DNA of 64,000 bases, taken from Eledone cirrhosa. Its lineage: Eukaryota. The stretch covers positions 41,912,001 through 41,976,000 of the forward strand of contig OZ024750.1 in NCBI GenBank assembly GCA_964016885.1. The letters are read 5' to 3'. Shown one piece after another: positions 41,706 through 55,729 of the stretch. Position numbers and translations under genes: made by a program. Below the pieces are notes generated by a model. The model did no database searches. It was not told where the DNA came from and was given only the letters and a program-made list of their open reading frames with translations. Each line of letters opens with the position of its first letter. The first letter of the stretch is position 1.

Positions 41706-42170
41706 ATTTTATATCAATTTTCCATGCTTGCATACAATAATATTTTATACATATAGAGTGTGTGTGTATATAGATGTATGTATTTATATAATATATATAA
41801 TGTGTGTGTATATACATATATATGTGTGTGTAGGTGTATTCTTGTGTGTGTGTGTGTGCCAGTTATTTCATCCCTCAGATCAATTCCACTTTTAAGTCTT
41901 TCTTCTCATATCAAACACGTCCACAAAATTATTTGTAATTCCCAACAGAGAGTCTATTTCTGTGAGAGGGGAAGTCTTAGGACTTCACTTTCTTATCATC
42001 ATCATCATCAACATTTAATGTCCATTTTTCTCTGCTAGCATAGGTTTGATGGGTTATTAACTGACCAAGTCAGCACTCAAACAAAGCCATTCTTTTCACG
42101 GAAAAGCCAGATGCCCCATCTCACTCACATGAACTCCTACACTTTACAGAGTGTACTGGGGGAGCACACC

Positions 42171-45100
42171 GACAATTCAGAGCCGACAATTTAGTGCATG
42201 ACAATTTAGCGCATGACAATTTAGCGAAAAGACAATTTAATGCATGACGATTTAGTGCATGACAATTTAGTGCATGACAATTTAGCGCATGACAATTTAG
42301 CGCATGACAATTTAGCGAAAAGACAATTTAGCGCATGACAATTTAGTGCATGACAATTTAGCGAAAAGACAATTTAGCGCATGACAATTTAGTGCATGAC
42401 AATTTAGCGAAAAGACAATTTAGTGCATGACAATTTAGCGCATGACAATTTAGCGAAAAGACAATTTAATGCATGACGATTTAGTGCATGACAATTTAGT
42501 GCATGACAATTTAGCGCATGACAATTTAGCGAAAAGACAATTTAATGCATGACGATTTAGTGCATGACAATTTAGTGCATGACAATTTAGCGCATGACAA
42601 TTTAGCGCATGACAATTTAGCGAAAAGACAATTTAGCGCATGACAATTTAGTGCATGACAATTTAGCGAAAAGACAATTTAGCGCATGACAATTTAGTGC
42701 ATGACAATTTAGCGAAAAGACAATTTAGTGCATGACAATTTAGTGCATGACAATTTAGTGCATGACAATTTAGTGCATGACAATTTAGCGCATGACAATT
42801 TAGCGAAAAGACAATTTAGCGCATGACAATTTAGCGCATGACAATTTAGCGCATGACAATTTAGTGCATGACAATTTAGCGCATGACAATTTAGCGCATG
42901 ACAATTTAGTGCATGACAATTTAGTGCATGACAATTTAGTGCATGACAATTTAGTGCATGACAATTTAGCGCATGACAATTTAGTGCATGACAATTTAGT
43001 GCATGACAATTTAGCGCATGACAATTTAGCGAAAAGACAATTTAGCGCATGACAATTCAGTGCATGACAATTCAGCGCATGACAATTTAGCCCATGACAA
43101 TTCAGTGCATGACAATTTAGCGCATGACAATTAAGTGCATGACAATTTAGTGCATAACAATTTAGTGCATGACAATTCAGTGCATGACAATTTAGTGCAT
43201 GACAATTCAGTGCATGACAATTTAGTGCATGACAATTTAGCGCATGACAATTTAGTGCATGACAATTTAGTGCATGACAATTCAGTGCATGACAATTTAG
43301 CGCATGACAATTTAGTGCATGACAATTTAGTGCATGACAATTTAGTGCATGACAATTTAGCGCATGACAATTTAGTGCATGACAATTTAGTGCATGACAA
43401 TTCAGTGCATGACAATTTAGTGCATGACAATTTAGTGCATGACAATTTAGCGCATGACAATTTAGTGCATGACAATTTAGTGCATGACAATTTAGTGCAT
43501 GACAATTCAGTGCATGACAATTTAGTGCATGACAATTTAGTGCATGACAATTCAGTGCATGACAATTTAGTGCATTACAATTTAGTGCATGACAATTTAG
43601 TGCATGACAATTTAGTGCATGACAATTTAGTGCATGACAATTTAGTGCATGACAATTCAGCGCATGACAATTTAGCCCATCACAATTTAGTGCATGACAA
43701 TTTAGTGCATGACAATTTAGTGCATGACAATTTAGTGCATGACAATTTAGTGCATGACAATTTAGCGCATGACAATTAAGGGCATGACAATTTAGCCATG
43801 ACAATTTAGTGCATGACAATTTAGTGCATGACAATTTAGTGCATGACAATTCAGTGCATGACAATTTAGTGCATGACAATTTGGCACATGACAATTCAGT
43901 GCATGACAATTCAGCGCATGACAATTTAGCCCATGACAATTTAGTGCATGACAATTTAGTGCATGACAATTTAGTGCATGACAATTTAGTGCATGACAAT
44001 TCAGCGCATGGCAATTTAGTGCATGACAATTTAGTGCATGACAATTTAGTGCATGACAATTCAGTGCATGACAATTTAGTGCATGACAATTTAGTGCATG
44101 ACAATTTAGTGCATGACAATTTAGTGCATGACAATTTAGTGCATGACAATTTAGTGCATGACAATTTAGCGCATGACAATTCAGTGCATGACAATTTAGC
44201 GCATGACAATTTAGTGCATGACAATTTAGCGCATGACAATTTAGTGCATGACAATTTAGCGCATGACAATTCAGTGCATGACAATTTAGTGCATGACAAT
44301 TTAGTGCATGACAATTTAGTGCATGACAATTTAGTGCATGACAATTTAGTGCATGACAATTTAGCGCATGACAATTCAGTGCATCACAATTTAGCGCATG
44401 ACAATTTAGTGCAAGACAATTTAGCGCATGACAATTTAGTGCATGACAATTTAGCGCATGACAATTCAGTGCATGACAATTTAGTGCATGACAATTTAGT
44501 GCATGACAATTTAGTGCATGACAATTTAGCGCATGACAATTTAGTGCATGACAATTTAGTGCATGACAATTCAGTGCATGACAATTTAGTGCATGACAAT
44601 TTAGTGCATGACAATTCAGTGCATGACAATTTAGTGCATGACAATTTAGTGCATGACAATTTAGTGCATGACAATTTAGTGCATGACAATTTAGTGCATG
44701 ACAATTTAGCGCATGACAATTTAGTGCATGACAATTTAGCGCATGACAATTAAGTGCATGACAATTTAGCCATGACAATTTAGTGCATGACAATTTAGTG
44801 CATGACAATTTAGCCCATGACAATTTAGTGCATGACAATTTAGTGCATGACAATTTAGTGCATGACAATTTAGTGCATGGCAATTTAATGCATGACAATT
44901 TAGCGCATGACAATTTAGTGCATGACAATTTAGCGCATGACAATTAAGGGCATGACAATTTAGCCATGACAATTTAGTGCATGACAATTTAGTGCATGAC
45001 AATTTAGTGCATGACAATTTAGTGCATGACAATTCAGTGCATGACAATTTAGTGCATGACAATTTAGTGCATGGCAATTCAGCGCATGACAATTTAGTGC

Positions 45101-45671
45101 ATGACAATTTAGTGCATGACAATTTAGTGCATGACAATTTAGTGCATGACAATTTAGTGCATGACAATTTAGTGCATGACAATTTAGTGCATGACAATTT
45201 AGCACATGACAATTTAGTGCATGACAATTTAGTGCATGACAATTTAGCACATGACAATTCAGTGCATGACAATTCAGCGCATGACAATTTAGCCCATGAC
45301 AATTTAGTGCATGACAATTTAGTGCATGACAATTTAGTGCATGACAATTTAGTGCATGACAATTTAGTGCATGACAATTTAGCGCATGACAATTTAGTGC
45401 ATGACAATTTAGCGCATGACAATTAAGTGCATGACAATTTAGCGCATGACAATTCAGTGCATGACAATTTAGTGCATGACAATTCAGTGCATGACAATTC
45501 AGTGCATGACAATTTAGTGCATGACAATTTAGCGCATGACAATTCAGTGCATGACAATTTAGTGCATGACAATTCAGTGCATGACAATTCAGTGCATGAC
45601 AATTTAGTGCATGACAATTTAGCGCATGACAATTTAGCGCATGACAATTCAGCACATGACAATTTAGTGCA
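42171..45671. repeat. 15-bp satellite (GACAATTTAGTGCAT)n, the expanded MULE subterminal repeat
   Basis: About 233 units; inverted diverged units at 46925-47005. Confidence 0.96.
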
Positions 45672-45711
45672 AGGAAGCAAATACAAGGACAATTGGAGAA
45701 AAGGAATAACG

Positions 45712-46368
45712 AAAGTTTGCAATAGTATATATATCACTGAAAAAACACGTCCTTCACAAAGCATATGAATAACATAAAGTTAGTAGAAAAGGCGCGGGGC
45801 TACTTTAAATGTACCGTCTGCAAGCCAGTTTTTGTATTCTTTAAGGTGTTCAATATTTTATTCAGTCGAAAATATCAACATTCTTTTGGTATCATCACTG
45901 CCGGAATCGTGCAATAAAAAAGATTCGCCACTGTGTGTTACACGCAAATGTTCAGGTAATACAATATCACTAACATTATCAGGTGCTGGAATGGACTCAC
46001 CATCTCGTTTTCTACGGCGCTGAATACTTCGTTGCAATGAAGTATACTTAGGTAGTAAAATTGTTGCTTCATCTGGCAAAGAGACTTGCGCCTCTTGGAT
46101 CATTCTTCTCGGGACATCATTAGGTGCACCAGCTCGTTCACGTATGTTTGAAACCATCTGCTTCATCCTTGATACAGCTGGCTGCAGCACATGGGTATAA
46201 CGTTGTAATATCTTCCCATAAACTTTCATTAACATGGACACGACCTTTGCATTTGTCTTCAGTACAACGCCAAGACTCTTTTCCATTTCTAATTTTTCTA
46301 TCTAAACGATAGCAGAATCCATTTAATAAAATGTGGTCCCGTCCTTTCTCTGCTAATATCCGCTCCAT
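45712..46368 (-). pseudogene. FLYWCH-MULE transposase remnant (frameshift, in-frame stops, truncated DDE domain)
   Basis: LLNGFCYRLDRKIRNGKESWRCTEDKCKGRV (FLYWCH-like), then FLLHDSG...MLIFSTE*NIEHLKEYKNWLADGTFKVAPRLFY*LYVIH (first catalytic Asp, DGTFK). Confidence 0.9.
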
Positions 46369-46533
46369 AGGGCTGTATGTGCTGTGTGGTTCTATATAAA
46401 TGGATTTGGTGTGTTTGTGGGTGGGTGGAGTTTTAATATGTGTAGGAATGGGGGAGTGTTGAAAGCGGTTGGTGGTAGTAGTGAGTTGAGATAGCGATGT
46501 GTGTGTGTATATATATATATGTATATATATATA

Positions 46534-46871
46534 TCATCATCATCATCATTTTACGTTCGCATTTCCCTGCTTGCAAGGGTGGGACAGGAACTGATTCTGG
46601 CTTGATTTCTACAGCTGGATGCCCTTCCTAACACCAACCTCATTTACAGTGAGTGCTGGGTACTTTTTTGCCGTGGTACCTCCACGACCACTTTGCGGTG
46701 GAATGATAGGGACCCCAGTTCCTATCATCTCATTTCTACAGCTGAGTAAACTGGAGCAATGTGAACTAAAGTGTCTTGCTCAAGGAAACAACACATCACC
46801 TGGTCTGAGAATTGAACTCACAACCTTTCGATTGCAAGGCCAATGCTCTAACCACTAAGCCATGTGCCTCC

Positions 46872-46872
<1 letters not shown>
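46534..46872 (-). mobile_element. SINE family B nested in the MULE element
   Basis: Reverse complement of 13586-13914, in a (TA)n run. Confidence 0.9.
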
Positions 46873-46906
<34 letters not shown>

Positions 46907-47287
46907 TTATATATCGTTTTGCATTGTCCTTGCGCTGAATTGTCGTTGCACTAAATTGTCATCCGCTGAATTGTCAGTGCTGAGTTGTCCTGCGAGGAAT
47001 TGTCGTTTCTCGGTACTGGGGACAATCTATCATAGTACCAGCACTGTGTACCTATTTTAAAAGCCAAAATTCACACAGTCACCCAGTTTTATATATATAT
47101 ATCTCATCATCATCATCATCATCTTCGTTTAACGTCCATCTTCCACACTAGCATGGGTTAGACGGGAGTTGTCCCACTTGAGGCAAGGTTGGTCGGGTGA
47201 CCGTGTCTCGCTCATATAGGACTATGTATATATATAAACAAGAAGTGTAAGTCAACAGATTAAAATTAACTTCGTTTATTCCTAGTC

Positions 47288-47346
47288 GCTGTAATATATA
47301 TTTCAGTGATAACCATTATGCAACAGCTATGACCTCATCAGACAGC
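47288..47346 (-). ncRNA. Type I hammerhead ribozyme
   Basis: Minus strand: GCTGT CTGATGA GGTCATAGC...GTTATCACT GAAA TATATA TT ACAGC. Confidence 0.78.
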
Positions 47347-47452
47347 TAGAATTTGAACAGAAAAAAACGAAAAACATAATGGTGGAATAAAGCTTAATTC
47401 TGTTTTTGCAATTTTTTATATGCTCAGTGCTGTTTTTTGGTGTTGTTTTCTC

Positions 47453-48157
<705 letters not shown>

Positions 48158-48189
48158 ATATATATATACATATATACATATATATATAC

Positions 48190-48223
<34 letters not shown>

Positions 48224-48268
48224 GTGTATATATACATACATTATATATATATATATATATATACATAC

Positions 48269-48312
<44 letters not shown>

Positions 48313-48320
48313 ATATATAC

Positions 48321-48358
<38 letters not shown>

Positions 48359-48382
48359 CATTATATATATATATATACATAC

Positions 48383-48417
<35 letters not shown>

Positions 48418-48807
48418 TATATATATATATATATATATATATAGCGAGAGAGAGAGAGAGAAGTAAAAATCCAGACTGCAATGCCAAGCAGTTTTGGCTT
48501 GTGTCTTCAGCACAACCTCCCATGATAAAATACACCCAGTACACTCTGTAAAATAGATGGTGTTAGGAAAGGCATCCAGCCATAGAAAAGCTAACAAACA
48601 TAAGGGTGCAAGGATTCTTCAGTTGTGTCGAGGGTATGACAACCTCCCTAGTGGTGATGCCATGGTAACATGCACCCAGTACACTCTGCAAAGTATAGGA
48701 ACATATTTGAAGGAGGTGTAAACCCGGGTTCACCAGAGAAGTCAGTAGCTCCGATTAAGTAGTGATGAAATTCAACCTACAATACAGTAGCAATAGCACC
48801 TGTGTGG

Positions 48808-51740
48808 GGTAAGAAGGGATAATTAGTGTCATATACACAGGTGTTTCTAAGGTAAGAAGGGATAATTAGTGTCATATACACAGGTGTTTCTAAGGTTAGA
48901 AGGGATAATTAGCGTCATATACACAGGTGTTTCTAAGGTAAGAAGGGATAATTAGTGTCACATACACAGGTGTTTCTAAGGTAAGAAGGGATAATGTGTG
49001 TCATATACACAGGTGTTTCTAAGGTAAGAAGGGATAATTAGTGTCATATACACAGGTGTTTCTAAGGTTAGAAGGGATAATTAGTGTCATATACACAGGT
49101 GTTTCTAAGGTAAGAATGGATAATTAGTGTCATATACACAGGTGTTTCTCAGGTTAGAAGGGATAATTAGTGTCATATACATAGGTGTTTCTAAGGTAAG
49201 AATGGATAATTAGTGTCATATACACAGGTGTTTCTAAGGTAAGAAGGGATAATTAGTGTCATATACACAGGTGTTTCTAAGATAAGAATGGATAATTAGT
49301 GTCATATACACAGGTGTTTCTAAGGTAAGAAGGGATAATGTGTGTCATATACACAGGTGTTTCTAAGGTAAGAAGGGATAATTAGTGTCATATACACAGG
49401 TGTTTCTAAGGTAAGAAGGGATAATTAGTGTCATATACACAGGTGTTTCTAAGGTTAGAAGGGATAATTAGCGTCATATACACAGGTGTTTCTAAGGTAA
49501 GAAGGGATAATTAGTGTCATATACACAGGTGTTTCTAAGGTTAGAAGGGATAATTAGTGTCATATACACAGGTGTTTCTAAGGTAAGAATGGATAATTAG
49601 TGTCATATACACAGGTGTTTCTAAGGTTAGAAGGGATAATTAGTGTCATATACATAGGTGTTTCTAAGGTAAGAATGGATAATTAGTGTCATATACACAG
49701 GTGTTTCTAAGGTAAGAAGGGATAATTAGTGTCATATACACAGGTGTTTCTAAGATAAGAATGGATAATTAGTGTCATATACACAGGTGTTTCTAAGGTA
49801 AGAAGGGATAATGTGTGTCATATACACAGGTGTTTCTAAGGTAAGAAGGGATAATTAGTGTCATATACACAGGTGTTTCTAAGGTAAGAAGGGATAATTA
49901 GTGTCATATACACAGGTGTTTCTAAGGTAAGAAGGGATAATTAGTGTCATATACACAGGTGTTTCTAAGGTAAGAAGGGATAATTAGTGTCATATACACA
50001 GGTGTTTCTAAGGTAAGAAGGGATAATTAGTGTAATATACACAGGTGTTTTTAAGGTAAGAATGGATAATTAGTGTAATATACACAGGTGTTTCTAAGGT
50101 AAGAAGGGATAATTAGTGTCATATACACAGGTGTTTCTAAGGTAAGAATGGATAATTAGTGTCATATACACAGGTGTTTCTAAGGTAAGAAGGGATAATT
50201 AGTGTCATATACACAGGTGTTTCTAAGGTTAGAAGGGATAATTAGTGTCATATACACAGGTGTTTCTAAGGTTAGAAGGGATAATTAGTGTCATATACAC
50301 AGGTGTTTCTAAGGTAAGAAGGGATAATTAGTGTCATATACACAGGTGTTTCTAAGGTAAGAATGGATAATTATTATCATATACACAGGTGTTTCTAAGG
50401 TAAGAAGGGATAATTAGTGTCATATACACAGGTGTTTCTAAGGTTAGAAGGGATAATTAGTGTCATATACACAGGTGTTTCTAAGGTTAGAAGGGATAAT
50501 TAGTGTCATATACATAGGTGTTTCTAAGGTAAGAATGGATAATTAGTGTCATATACATAGGTGTTTCTAAGGTAAGAAGGGATAATTAGTGTCATATACA
50601 CAGGTGTTTCTAAGATAAGAATGGATAATTAGTGTCATATACACAGGTGTTTCTAAGGTAAGAAGGGATAATGTGTGTCATATACACAGGTGTTTCTAAG
50701 GTAAGAAGGGATAATTAGTGTCATATACACAGGTGTTTCTAAGGTTAGAAGGGATAATTAGTGTCATATACACAGGTATTTCTAAGGTAAGAAGGGATAA
50801 TTAGTGTCATATACACAGGTGTTTCTAAGGTAAGAAGGGATAATTAGTGTCATATACACAGGTGTTTCTAAGGTAAGAAGGGATAATGTGTGTCATATAC
50901 ATAGGTGTTTCTAAGGTAAGAATGGATAATTAGTGTCATATACACAGGTGTTTCTAAGGTAAGAAGGGATAATTAGTGTCATATACACAGGTGTTTCTAA
51001 GGTAAGAATGGATAATTAGTGTCATATACACAGGTGTTTCTAAGGTAAGAAGGTATAATTAGTGTCATATACACAGGTGTTTCTAAGGTAAGAAGGGATA
51101 ATTAGTGTCATATACACAGGTGTTTCTAAGGTTAGAAGGGATAATTAGTGTCATATACACAGGTGGTTCTAAGGTAAGAAGGGATAATTAGTGTCATATA
51201 CACAGGTGTTTCTAAGGTAAGAAGGGATAATTAGTGTCATATACACAGCTGTTTCTAAGGTAAGAAGGGATAATTACTGTCATATACACAGGTGTTTCTA
51301 AGGTAAGAAGGGATAATTAGTGTCATATACACAGGTGTTTCTAAGGTAAGAAGGGATAATGTGTGTCATATACACAGGTGTTTCTAAGGTAAGAAGTAAC
51401 AACAAGTATCATATACTATACAGGTGTTTCTAAGGGAAAACATTACAAGCCTCATATTCTATGTAAGGTAAGAAGGGATAACAAGCTTTATTTACTATGT
51501 AGATATTTCTAAGGTAAGACATGACAAGGAACATCATAATCTATACAGGTAAAACATTATGCGCCTCATAATCTATACAGGTGTTTGTAAGGTAAGAAGT
51601 GACAAACATAATTTACTACGCAGGTGTTTGTAAGGTAAAAAGTGACAAGCAACATCATTTACTATGCAGGTGTTTATAAGGTAAGAAGTGTCAAGGAACA
51701 TCATTTACTGCACAGGTGTTTGTAAGGTAAAAAGTGACAA
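48808..51740. repeat. 43-bp minisatellite (AGGTAAGAAGGGATAATTAGTGTCATATACACAGGTGTTTCTA) with degenerate right edge
   Basis: About 60 homogeneous units to ~51395, then diverged units. Confidence 0.95.
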
Positions 51741-52164
51741 CAAACAAGTTGCTCATGTCTTGAGAAAAGGTTTAAGAAACATTTGAGTAAATAAAATGGG
51801 AGTCAGAGAAAACAGTTTAAATAGAAATAAAATCAATGGAAAAAGTTGCAGTTTTTGCTGAGAAAATAAATATTTGACCCTTCTTATGTTTATATCGCCA
51901 ATGAAATATAATCTGTTTTAATTAATTATGAAAAGTTTTGAGGGATTTACTAAAAATTATTAATTATTTCATTACTAAAATAGTAACTTGTTGTAATTAT
52001 CTTATATAAAATTATGTTGAAAGATTTTAATTTAAATAGGAACCCTTTAAAATGGGTTGTTTTGGTTTCCTTAAACCTGAACCAGTTTTTATCAGGCTGG
52101 TATCAAACTGCTTAAACTGGAAGTTAAGTGTTTTCAGTGGAGGTTTTATGTTTTATATATATAT

Positions 52165-52582
<418 letters not shown>

Positions 52583-52679
52583 TGTATTCAGCTATGTAGT
52601 GTGATAACTATTTTCTATATATACATCTTTCCACTGTTTCCATTGTTTTAAATAAATTACCATTTTTTATAGCATTTAA

Positions 52680-52892
52680 TCCTTTAGCATTTCCATTACT
52701 CTATATTTACTATTTTCACAGTAATCACTTTATTTCACTTAATTATCTCACATATCAAATCTACTTGACTTTGAGATTATTTATCTTGAGAAAAATACCT
52801 TAACATAAGTATGAGCAGCCTGTTAAAGTTGGTTTGAACAGAAAGAGGTGAGAGAATTCTGGCCGGATACAGTCGATTTAAATTCTAAAGGG
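52680..52892. mobile_element. piggyBac-like MITE, inverted relative to 2204-2436
   Basis: TTAA|TCCTTTAGCATTT ... AAATTCTAAAGGG|TTAA. Confidence 0.72.
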
Positions 52893-52907
52893 TTAAATGG
52901 TTTCTGA

Positions 52908-53122
52908 TTTAGGCACAAGGCCACCATTTTTTTTTGGGGGGGGGGGGGGGGGGTTTAGATTGATCTCAGTTCATTACTGGTACTTTACTTTATCAACCCC
53001 ATAAGAATGAAAGGCAAAACCAAACTCGGCAGGATTTGAACTGAGAAGGTAAAGGGCCGTAACTCAAAGCCATAAAGCATGTTGTCCGACACTTTACCGA
53101 TTCTACTGCCAATCCACTGCCC
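52908..53122 (-). mobile_element. Diverged SINE family C
   Basis: AGGCACAAGGCC...TACTGGTACTT...GGATTTGAACT...CTGCCAATCCAC. Confidence 0.75.
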
Positions 53123-53822
53123 CTTTTTATGCTATTTAAGTAATACATGTCTTTTATTCCTAAGACATTTTCTGGGATCTTTTTTCCTTCCCCTGCATTC
53201 ATGGCCCGACTTTGATAGACTTTCTGGCAGGAAACTTCTAATTTGGTGTAAGAGAAGATATAAATGATGAGAGCTCGTTAACAGGTAAGTATAGAAGGAG
53301 GTTGTTATGCCAACCCTGAATGAATCCACAGATAACCATCAAGGGCAATAGATCATTTAACAGAGGAGAGGGGACTACAAGTAAGTTTATTTAGCTAAAA
53401 GTTGTGTTAAACGTTAAAAGGTGATGATGAAGGTTGTCAGGCCACAATGTCAGAATATAAAGAAAATAATAACATGACCTCATACAAGCTGTTATGATGA
53501 CAACAGGGTATAACTGGGTATTGACAGTAGTGAGATGTCAACGAGAAGATTTGGGTTCACTTCACACAACGGACCCCTTCTCTTTCATATAATTGTTGGG
53601 AATGGATCAGGTTCTTTTACTATGCTACAATACACACACACATATATATATACACATATATACACAAACAGTTATATATACACACACATATATATCTACA
53701 TACACACATATATATACACATATATATATGCACACACACATATATATGCACACACACACATATATATACACACATATATATATATGCACACACAGATATA
53801 TATACATATACATATTCACATG

Positions 53823-53864
<42 letters not shown>

Positions 53865-53925
53865 TATACACATGTATATATACACACACACATATATATA
53901 TACATATACACAAGTGTATATATAA

Positions 53926-53972
<47 letters not shown>

Positions 53973-54111
53973 TATATACACACACGTATATAGATACGCA
54001 CTTAGATATATGTACATATACACATACAGGCACTCACACACACACACACACACATACATATATATATAAACATATGTATGTGCATGTATATATATATACA
54101 TATATATATAC

Positions 54112-54156
<45 letters not shown>

Positions 54157-54226
54157 TACATATATATGTACACACACACAAACACAGCATATTATAAAGA
54201 TATAAACACATACCTAAATGTGGATA

Positions 54227-54330
<104 letters not shown>

Positions 54331-54563
54331 AGGGGAGGTAGTTGGCGGTATGTTTCCTTAAAAATCTTTCCCCCCAACACACATCTCTCTCTATAATGAG
54401 CTTTAGATGTTGCCAGGCGACCAACACAGTTGACTGGCTTACAATGGTTTAATCCTACCTAGCATGTAACCCTCTCAACAAAGATTTTCTCATTGAAAAT
54501 ATTCTATGTTCTGCTTTATGCCTCTTGTATACAGGCGCAAGTCAAAATTCTTATATTTCTGTG

Positions 54564-54611
<48 letters not shown>

Positions 54612-54730
54612 CATATATATATATACATACATATATATATATATATATGTAGGAGGTGAGTTTTATTGTAGCACAATAAAGCAATCCAAATATCGGATAA
54701 GTAGCACTCAACAGTTTATAGCACTGCAGT

Positions 54731-54902
54731 ATATATAATATAAAATCAAAAGATGGTTAAAAGAGTTCCATGTATTTTATTATGTGCATTTCAAAAACAA
54801 ATATCATCGTGAGATGATATCTGCGATGATATTTGTTTTTGAAATGCACATAATAAAATACATGGAACTCTTTTAACCATCTTTTGATTTTATATTATAT
54901 AT
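54731..54902. repeat. Near-perfect ~170-bp palindrome
   Basis: TAAAATCAAAAGATGG...ATATCATCG versus CGATGATAT...CCATCTTTTGATTTTA; contains GAAA TGCACA TA ATAAAAT, resembling the 3' half of the hammerheads at 14048 and 62089. Confidence 0.88.
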
Positions 54903-54904
54903 AC

Positions 54905-54939
<35 letters not shown>

Positions 54940-55080
54940 GTAATAATAATAAATTTGAAGACTAAAGTCCAAAGAGGGCTCGATTAGGATATATATATAT
55001 ATCAGATATATAAGAACCGTAGAGCAAATATTAATATATATATATATATATATATAAATATATTAATATATATATATATA

Positions 55081-55386
55081 TTGGCCTTGCAATCGAAAGA
55101 TTGTGAGTTCAATTCTCAGACCGGGTGATGTGTTGTTTCCTTGAGCAAGACACTTTATTTCACATTGCTCCAGTTTACTCAGCTGTAGAAATGAGATGAT
55201 AGGGACTGGGATCTCTATCATTCCACTGCAAAGTGGTCGTGGAGGTGCCACGGCAAAAAAAGCACCCAACACTCACTGTAAATGAGGTTGGTGTTAGGAA
55301 GGGCATCCAGCTGTAGAAATCAAGCCAGAATCAGTTCCCGTCCCACCCTTGCAAGCAGGGAAAAGTGGACGTAAAATGAAATGATG

Positions 55387-55388
<2 letters not shown>
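55081..55388 (+). mobile_element. 5'-truncated SINE family B
   Basis: Matches 13609-13914. Confidence 0.9.
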
Positions 55389-55448
<60 letters not shown>

Positions 55449-55624
55449 CATCATTTCATTCTTGACGTTATAGTCGCATATATGTTATAGAATGCCGTTA
55501 GCTTCTTGCTAAAACAATCTCTATACCTCTCATTTATATATATATATATATATATAAATATATTAATATATATATATATATATATAAATATATTAATATA
55601 TATATATATATATATATAAATATA

Positions 55625-55713
<89 letters not shown>

Positions 55714-55729
55714 TATTAATATATATATA

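Larger units (their letters stand above)
42162..47012 (-). mobile_element. Mutator-like (MULE, FLYWCH-type) DNA transposon, internally deleted, 9-bp TSD
   Basis: GTACTGGGG at 42153-42161 and 47013-47021; inverted termini built of GACAATT 15-mers; transposase remnant inside. Confidence 0.88.

Noticed and set aside
42800-45768. Cys-rich (KLSCT/LNCHA)n metallothionein-like ORFs
   Set aside because: Translations of the 15-bp MULE-derived satellite, with frame switches
53231-53290. Exon ending in CAG|GTAAGT
   Set aside because: All three frames contain stops; nearby sequence looks like decayed retroelement
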